Assembly: GCF_009914755.1 (NCBI RefSeq)
Contig: NC_060931.1
Strand: one strand, 5' to 3'
Origin: the human T2T-CHM13v2.0 reference genome, Homo sapiens
DNA: 64,000 nt
Position numbers and translations under genes: made by a program. This document shows, piece by piece, positions 57,771-64,000 of the stretch (the first letter of the stretch is position 1; every line of letters begins with the position of its first letter). Under the pieces are notes generated by a model. That model searched no databases and was not told where the DNA came from. It worked only from the letters and a program-made list of their open reading frames with translations.

Positions 57771-59809
57771 CCTGGAGAATCTTCTTCCCCGGGCCTTGCA
57801 GTACTGGGACCCTCGTCCAGTCCCCATGGATGCTGATTTTGCCCCATCATTATTTGTGCTGGTGCCATGGGAAGAAGCGGCCCAGGAGAAAGATCAGGCT
57901 CCAGGAGAGGCTGATGCGCTTGCTTCGGGATGTTTAGTTGGAAGGGCTCCGGGCACCCAAGGAGAAATGTCCACACTTCCCTTCTAATCTGGGGGCCCCT
58001 GGAGGACAGGGTCTGTGGTGGGCTTGTCTCTACATCCCCAGCTCCCAGCACAGAGCAAGGCGTGCGCAGGCACTCATTGACGTCTGCCAAGCCAACAACT
58101 GAGGAGCAGATGTAGGGCCCAGAGGCACCAGCTGCAGGGATTCAGGGAAAGGGATTAAGGTACCAAGGGAAGTTCCAGGAAAGAGGAGAGATTGATCTAT
58201 CTCCACTCAGCAGGCAAGGGTTTGGATGGGGAAAGGGAGGAGAAGGGTGTATGGCGAAGACTTTCTGACAGAGGAGGAAGGAATTTCTGGAGGAGGGGTG
58301 GGAGGTAAGCTGGGACTATGGCTGGGCTTGGGAGGAGGGACAGTGCAGGATCTGGTGGTCCTGTCTGTGCAGAGGGTGCCAGGCAGAAGAGCTGGTGGGA
58401 CAGGGTGGGGCACACATTTGAGCCAGAAGGAGATCCAACCTCACCACCCTGTGCCCTGTGCGATCTCAGATGCTGGTTGGGGTCCCTCACCCCTTATCCT
58501 CTTCAGGGGAGTGGCCTGAGGAAAGTCCTTTTCAGAACCTGGTCCAAAAGCCTGCGTGGGAAGAAAGCGGGAGAGGGAAGCTGAAGACCTCTGTCCATGC
58601 GCCAGCTCATGTTTTATGCTTGCCAAGTCCCAGGAGGGACACGGGGAAGGTGGGAATCTCAGCCAAGTACACAGCTTATTCCCGGAGGGGCGACGGGCCA
58701 CAATCAGGAGGTTGGGCTGGTGAGGCGGGTGGCAGGGGGTCCAAGAGGCTTGTGGAGGCAAAACCTGAGGACTGATCTGAAACAGGGGCAGGGGGAGGAA
58801 TCACAGTTGGCAGACAGGAGCGAGCCTGTGACGTATGTGGCTGTGTCCACTGTCCTTGAACAGAGGTGATGGCCAAGGGGACAAGCTGGGACTGAAACCA
58901 GCTCTGGCTACGAGCCCGGCCACACTGGCAGGTCTGGGAGAGGGGGCCCCTTTCTCTCATTTGCGCGAAGGGTCTGTTGGGGCTAGTGGGGCCCTGCTTG
59001 GGTCCCCTTTTTGCCCTCCCCAACTCCCCTACCCTCCCTTGCCCCTCCTCCTCCCTTTCCTCCTAACAGGCTCCTAACAGGCTCAAAAGCCTGTTTCCCC
59101 CTCCCCACTCCCACTTCAGTGAAATGCAGTGAGTTCTGAGGAAAGGCTCCATCTCAGCCATTTTCACCTCCATAGGAAGATGCTTTCTGCTCTGTTTCCT
59201 GTTACCTTTGCAAGGAAAGCTTCCTCCCTATTAAGTGGAAGTGGGAGGGAGCAGTTTGGAGGGGTGAGAGTTGGGGGTTTCCTATGGCCCCCTTGTCACT
59301 TATAGGGAGAAACCCTCCTACCACGAATGCCTAGACGGGGTCGAGTGTTGGCCAGAAAAGCTCTGGAGGGTTGCTGGTTTGGGAGGAAAGGCTGTGAATT
59401 GTTTTCAACAAGCATAGGCTTCTGCAGCAGGAGGACCCACACAAGGGCTGGTTTCTGTTAATGAAGCAACTGGAAATGTGAGCCTCTGACATCCGAGTCA
59501 GCCTGTGTGGATGGTCCAAGAAGTGGGGGGTGGAGAGAATGAGGCCGATGTTTAGTTGCTCCACACATCTGAGTGTTCTCTGTGTTTGCCAAGCACAGTC
59601 TCAACCTTGGGTTCATTTCATCTGTGAGTTTATTCAGTAAATACTTATTAAGCACCTACTATGTGCCAGGCACACTTCGAGGCACAGAAAATGTAGCAAC
59701 GATGAAGACAGATGGGGTCCTGCCTCATGGCAACAAATGATAAAATAGAGTGTCTGGTTGTGAAAAGAACTGTGAAGTCTAACCAAGTAGGTGAGGGCAT
59801 AGAGAATGA

Positions 59810-60580
59810 GGACACACATGTGTGCACACATATGTATAAAGACATTTATTGTAAGGAATTGGCTCACACAAATATGGAGGCTGACAAGTCCCAAGAGCTG
59901 CTAGGCTCAAGACCCAGGAAGGGCTGATGTTCAGTTCAAGTCTGAAGGCTGGAAAAAAATAATGTCCCAGCTCGAAGACAGCCAGGCAGAGAGAGTTCTC
60001 TCTTACTCAGCCTTTCGGCTCTGTTCAGGCCTTCAAGTGATTGGGTGAGGTCCCCCCACATTAGGGAGGGTGATATGGTTTGGCTCCGTGTCCCACCCAA
60101 ATCTTATCTCGAACTGTAATCCCCACATGTCCAGGGAAAGACCTGGTGGGAGATGATTGGAACATGGGGGTGGTTTCCCCCATGCTGTTCTCTGATAGTG
60201 AGGGAGTTCTCAGAGATCTGATGGTTTTATAAGGCAGTTTTCCCTGCTCTTGCTCTCTCTTTCTCTGTTACCTGCTGCCATGTAAGACATGCCTGCTTCC
60301 CCTTCCGCCATGATTGTAATTTTCCTGAGACCTCCCTAGCCATGCAGAACTGTGAGTCAATTAAGCTTCCTTTGTTTATAAGTTACCCAGTCTCAGGTAG
60401 TATCTTTATAGCAGTGTGAAAACAGACTAATACAGAGGGCCATCTGTGTTATGCAGTCTACTGATTCAGATGTTAATCCCATCCAGAAACACCCTCAGAG
60501 ACACACCCAGAATAATGTTTGACCAAATACCTGGGCAGCCTGTGGCCCAGTCAAGTTGACACCTAGAATTCACCATCACA
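59810..60580 (-). mobile_element. MLT2 (ERVL) LTR
   Basis: aaggaattggctcac..atggaggctgacaagtcccaa ... ggcccagtcaagttgacac..aattcaccatcaca. Confidence 0.88.
60071..60434 (+). mobile_element. THE1 (THE1C/D-like) solo LTR nested in MLT2
   Basis: tgatatggtttggct...acagactaataca; 5-bp TSD gaggg. Confidence 0.95.
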
Positions 60581-60964
60581 GCTTCTCTGAGAAGGTATCA
60601 CTTTGAGAAGAAACCTAGTGAGGAGTGGGGGTGAGCCATGGGGTTGAGCCACGGGGATCTATAGGAGAAGAGCATTCAAGCAGTGGTGACAGCATGCGCA
60701 AAGGCCCTGAGGCAGAGGCATGGTTGGCCATGTGAGGCCCAGCAGGGAGGCCAATGTGTCTGGAAAGGAGTGAACATGATGGGTGGAAGGGGAACATGGT
60801 CCAAGAGGCAGCAGAGAGTGGGGTCCGGGTGGGGTGCACACAAGATTGTGCCTGGCTTTATCATCGATGGTAGGGACTGGATTTTATTCTGAGTCAGATG
60901 GGAAGATATTGGCAGGGGAGGGGGGTGGAGGGTTTAAGCAGAGGAGAGACTGGTCTGACATTGT

Positions 60965-61267
60965 TTTTATTTATTTATATTTATATTTTTTTTTAGAGAT
61001 GGGATCTCACTCTGTCACCCAAGCTGTAGTGCAGTGGTGTGACCGTGGCTCACAGCAGACTTGAACTCCCGGCCTCAAACCGTTCCCCCCACTTCAGCCT
61101 CCTGAATAGATAGGACTACAGGTGCGTGCCACCACACCCAGCTAACTTTTTAATTTTAATTTTTTGCAGGGACAGCGTCTGCTATGTTGTCCAGGCTGGT
61201 CTCAAATTCCTTGCCTCAAGCGATCCAACTGCCTCAGCCTCCCGAGTCACTGGGATTACAGGCATGA
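60965..61267 (-). mobile_element. Alu (AluJ)
   Basis: Antisense Alu; TSD gacattgtttt. Confidence 0.93.
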
Positions 61268-64000
61268 AGACATTGTTTTCAAGGGATCACTCTGCTTTGT
61301 GGAGACTAGACTGTGAGGAGCAAGCCTCGAAAGGGGAGAGCTGTTTCGAGGTAAGAGATGGTGGCTGGTCGAGGGGGTGAGAAGCAGGTCAGAGTCTTTT
61401 CAAAGACATAACAATGTTTGCTGATGGCGAGGTAAAGTGACAGGAAGGAGCCAGAGAGGACTCTGAGGTTTTTGCCCTAAAGCTGGAAATAGGACTTTCA
61501 TTTCCTGATGTAGGAACAGGTGAGATCCCACAGGGAAAGCCCACAGCACTGTGCTTCAAGTGAGCACTGGATACACGGAAGTGCCGGACATGCAGAATCC
61601 ACGGAGGAGAAGCCTTGGAAGAGGAGGCCCCCGGGGATGCCAAGAAGAGAGCACCCTCAGTGGGGGCAGGCCCCTGTGTAGGTGCCGGAGGGACCTGCCA
61701 TGCTCCCCGCTGCCCTCACTAGCCCTGCCTAGTGGCCCAGGCTCTTTGGCCTGTGTGGCTCAGCTCAAGCCCACCAGGAGGGTGTCTGCGCCCCGCCACC
61801 ACGAATCAATATTGTCCCTGTGTTGGTTCTGCCCCAGGCTGCAGCAAAGAAGGTGGGGCAGGAGGGAGTTAGGGACTGGAGTTCCAAGAGATTTCATGGG
61901 AACTATGCTGGTGGGGGTGGGACCCAGCGATCCCAGGAGCAGCCAGCGCGGAAAGCTGGCTGTGGGCAATTCTCCATTCCGTGGAAGACCACAGTGCCCC
62001 CTCAAGGTGTACCTGGCTGCTGCCCCAGAGTCGCTGCCAGGTACAGGGGCTCGGGCTCCAAGATGAGCAGCTAAGAAGGAGAGGCCTGCTCCATGGGCAA
62101 GAAAGGGTTTTCTCCTCTTACTCCTGAGAGTAACCCAGGCCAACCCATGGGGAGGCAGATGGATGCCTGTCCCGGCACAGGCATCCTCAGAGTCTCTCTG
62201 TCCCCAGGTTCTCCACTGCAGCCTGCTCCACAGCCACGCCCTCCCATCCATGGCTACACACTCACATTCTGGGCCTCTTCCCTGGACCAGATTGCACAGC
62301 AGGGCCGCTCTCTCCAGTGCCTCCAGCTGGCCCCTGCTGACAAGTCCGTGTTGTGTCATGTTGGGAGTCTGGGCAAGGCACGAGGGCCCCTCTCTAGCAG
62401 GTCCCGATGGCTCCTCCACACCTTCAGGAAAAGCAAGAGATAAACCATTGCATGCTGAGCTCTGCAGGGAACTGGAGGCGGACACCATCCATTCTGCAAA
62501 CCTGCAATGGTGACACTTCTGGAATCTCCTTGCCTCTTCCAGGGCTGCAGCCTCTAAGGCAGGTAAGACCCAGGCCAGGTTGGCTCAGGGACCTCTGTGT
62601 AGCATTGCTGACCTCATGTTATGGAAGCAGGAGGCCACTGTGAGATGCGGGGCTTAGCTGCCACCTTGGAGAAACAGCTCATTTGAGACAGCCAGGAGCA
62701 ATTTAATCAGGCTAAGTTGGCCTGGCCCTGGGACCCCTGCCTTTTCCATGACAGCAGAGTCTGCTGAAAGCACATCAGAGCCCACACTTGCAAGTTCAAA
62801 GATGTCTGTCCCCAAGGTCTCAACCAGGGATGGCATCTTCTTCTTGGGGCACTTAGCATTTTGAGACTCTGGGAGAGTCCCCTGTGGGAACTGGGTGTAC
62901 TGACACTGTGGAACCAAGGAAGCACCACGGCTGCAGAGAGACCCTGGGCCAGACCATCCGAATGAAGCCCAGGCACAGCAGAGGGCTCTGAGGAGGCGCA
63001 GGATGCAGGAGATGAAAGGGGAAAATGAAGGGGAGCCGCAGGTTCAAACTGCCCCTTCCCAGGAGTGAGCTACAGCTTGGCCACTTCTGTCTCATAAGAA
63101 GGAGGTTGTGACTTTGGGAGGTGGAGGGGGATTACAGCTGGGATTCCTGTTGCCTGCCTCCTGCCTCTGGGGCTCTCAGCTTTCTCTTCTCCCCAGGACT
63201 CTTTTCTTCCTCTCCCCCCACCTCCCCCCCCACTCCCCTCCTCCCCCTAGGTCCTGGCTCTCCCTCCCCGACCCGGTCTTCTTGGTACCAGCTAAGCCCT
63301 GGAGGGGCCACAGCCTCCCCTCCAGCCCCCCTGCCATGGGATGGCTGCTGTCTCCTTTGGATCTTTTTGCGGTCTGGGCTTGCTGTTCCTCTCAACAGTA
63401 GTCAGGAAGCCCTTACCCCAAAAAGTATCTGCGGGAGGCCTTGTCCACAGGGGAGGCTGCCCCAAGGGCTCCAGGTGAGTCACAGCAAACCCAAGAACAG
63501 TGAATGGAACTGGGGTCTCCTGGCTCTCCTTTAGAGTTGCTGAGTGACTTTAAGTCCAGCACTGAGCCTCTCTGGGCCTCACTTATGCCACTCTTTTCAT
63601 CATTTACCAGTGGGCAATGTCAAGTGAGAGACTCCACAGATAAGAAAAATAAAGGAGTGGCTCAATTACATGCCAGGGAAAACCGCTTTGGTGGATGAAG
63701 GTCGCACAGCTCTCCCAGCATTCTGTCCTCTGTATACAGATGATCTCCTTCTGAAATCCTTTTGGGGATGACCCCCTTCCACACCATGGACACTTCTGGG
63801 TGGGTTGTCACTCAAGAGGTCCTGCCCTCTTCTGCCCACTGGGTGGACACAAGAATTGAAATCTGTAAAGGATACTGAGATTGGGAACAAAATAATTGAT
63901 GCTGATTGATCCCAGCAGTGTATGGCGAGAAGATGACAAGCTTCCACTGCCTGTATCACTGACTTGCCTAATGTCTGCCCTGCCCTGGCCTGGATCTTAA

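Larger units (their letters stand above)
59620..61560 (-). mobile_element. L2 hosting MLT2 (with nested THE1) and an Alu
   Basis: ttattcagtaaatacttattaagcacctactatgtgccaggcac; gcaaaggccctgaggcag; aagggatcactctg. Confidence 0.85.

Noticed and set aside
61760-62488. 242-aa minus-strand ORF, the longest in the window
   Set aside because: No recognisable homology, overlapped by similar-length ORFs on the other strand, no promoter or splice support.

Overview
Primate (human-like) genomic DNA, non-coding by all signs. About half of it is interspersed repeats recognised by eye: roughly 30 Alu/FLAM/FRAM copies, old L1M/HAL1, L2, MIR, CR1, hAT MITEs (MER3, MER5, MER20, MER20B, MER53, MER58) and MaLR/ERVL solo LTRs (THE1, MST, MLT1, MLT2). 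I recognise no protein-coding exon, and the ORF track is explained by Alu-derived or GC-rich chance ORFs. The main functional landmark is a CpG island at about 22.0-24.4 kb. It carries a minus-strand TATA box followed by an ATG-less candidate first exon and splice donor, a tandem CRE pair, a canonical G4 and a Z-DNA tract, so the left part of the window may be the first intron of a gene or lncRNA I could not name. A smaller CpG-rich patch lies at about 56.7-57.4 kb. The most unusual feature is an 83-bp, 80/83-identical inverted repeat (9438-9520 / 9735-9817) that looks like a locally templated insertion into an L2. There are also several short non-TE local duplications and three minisatellites. 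I found no convincing new biological system. Repeat subfamily calls and boundaries are from memory of consensus sequences and are approximate.
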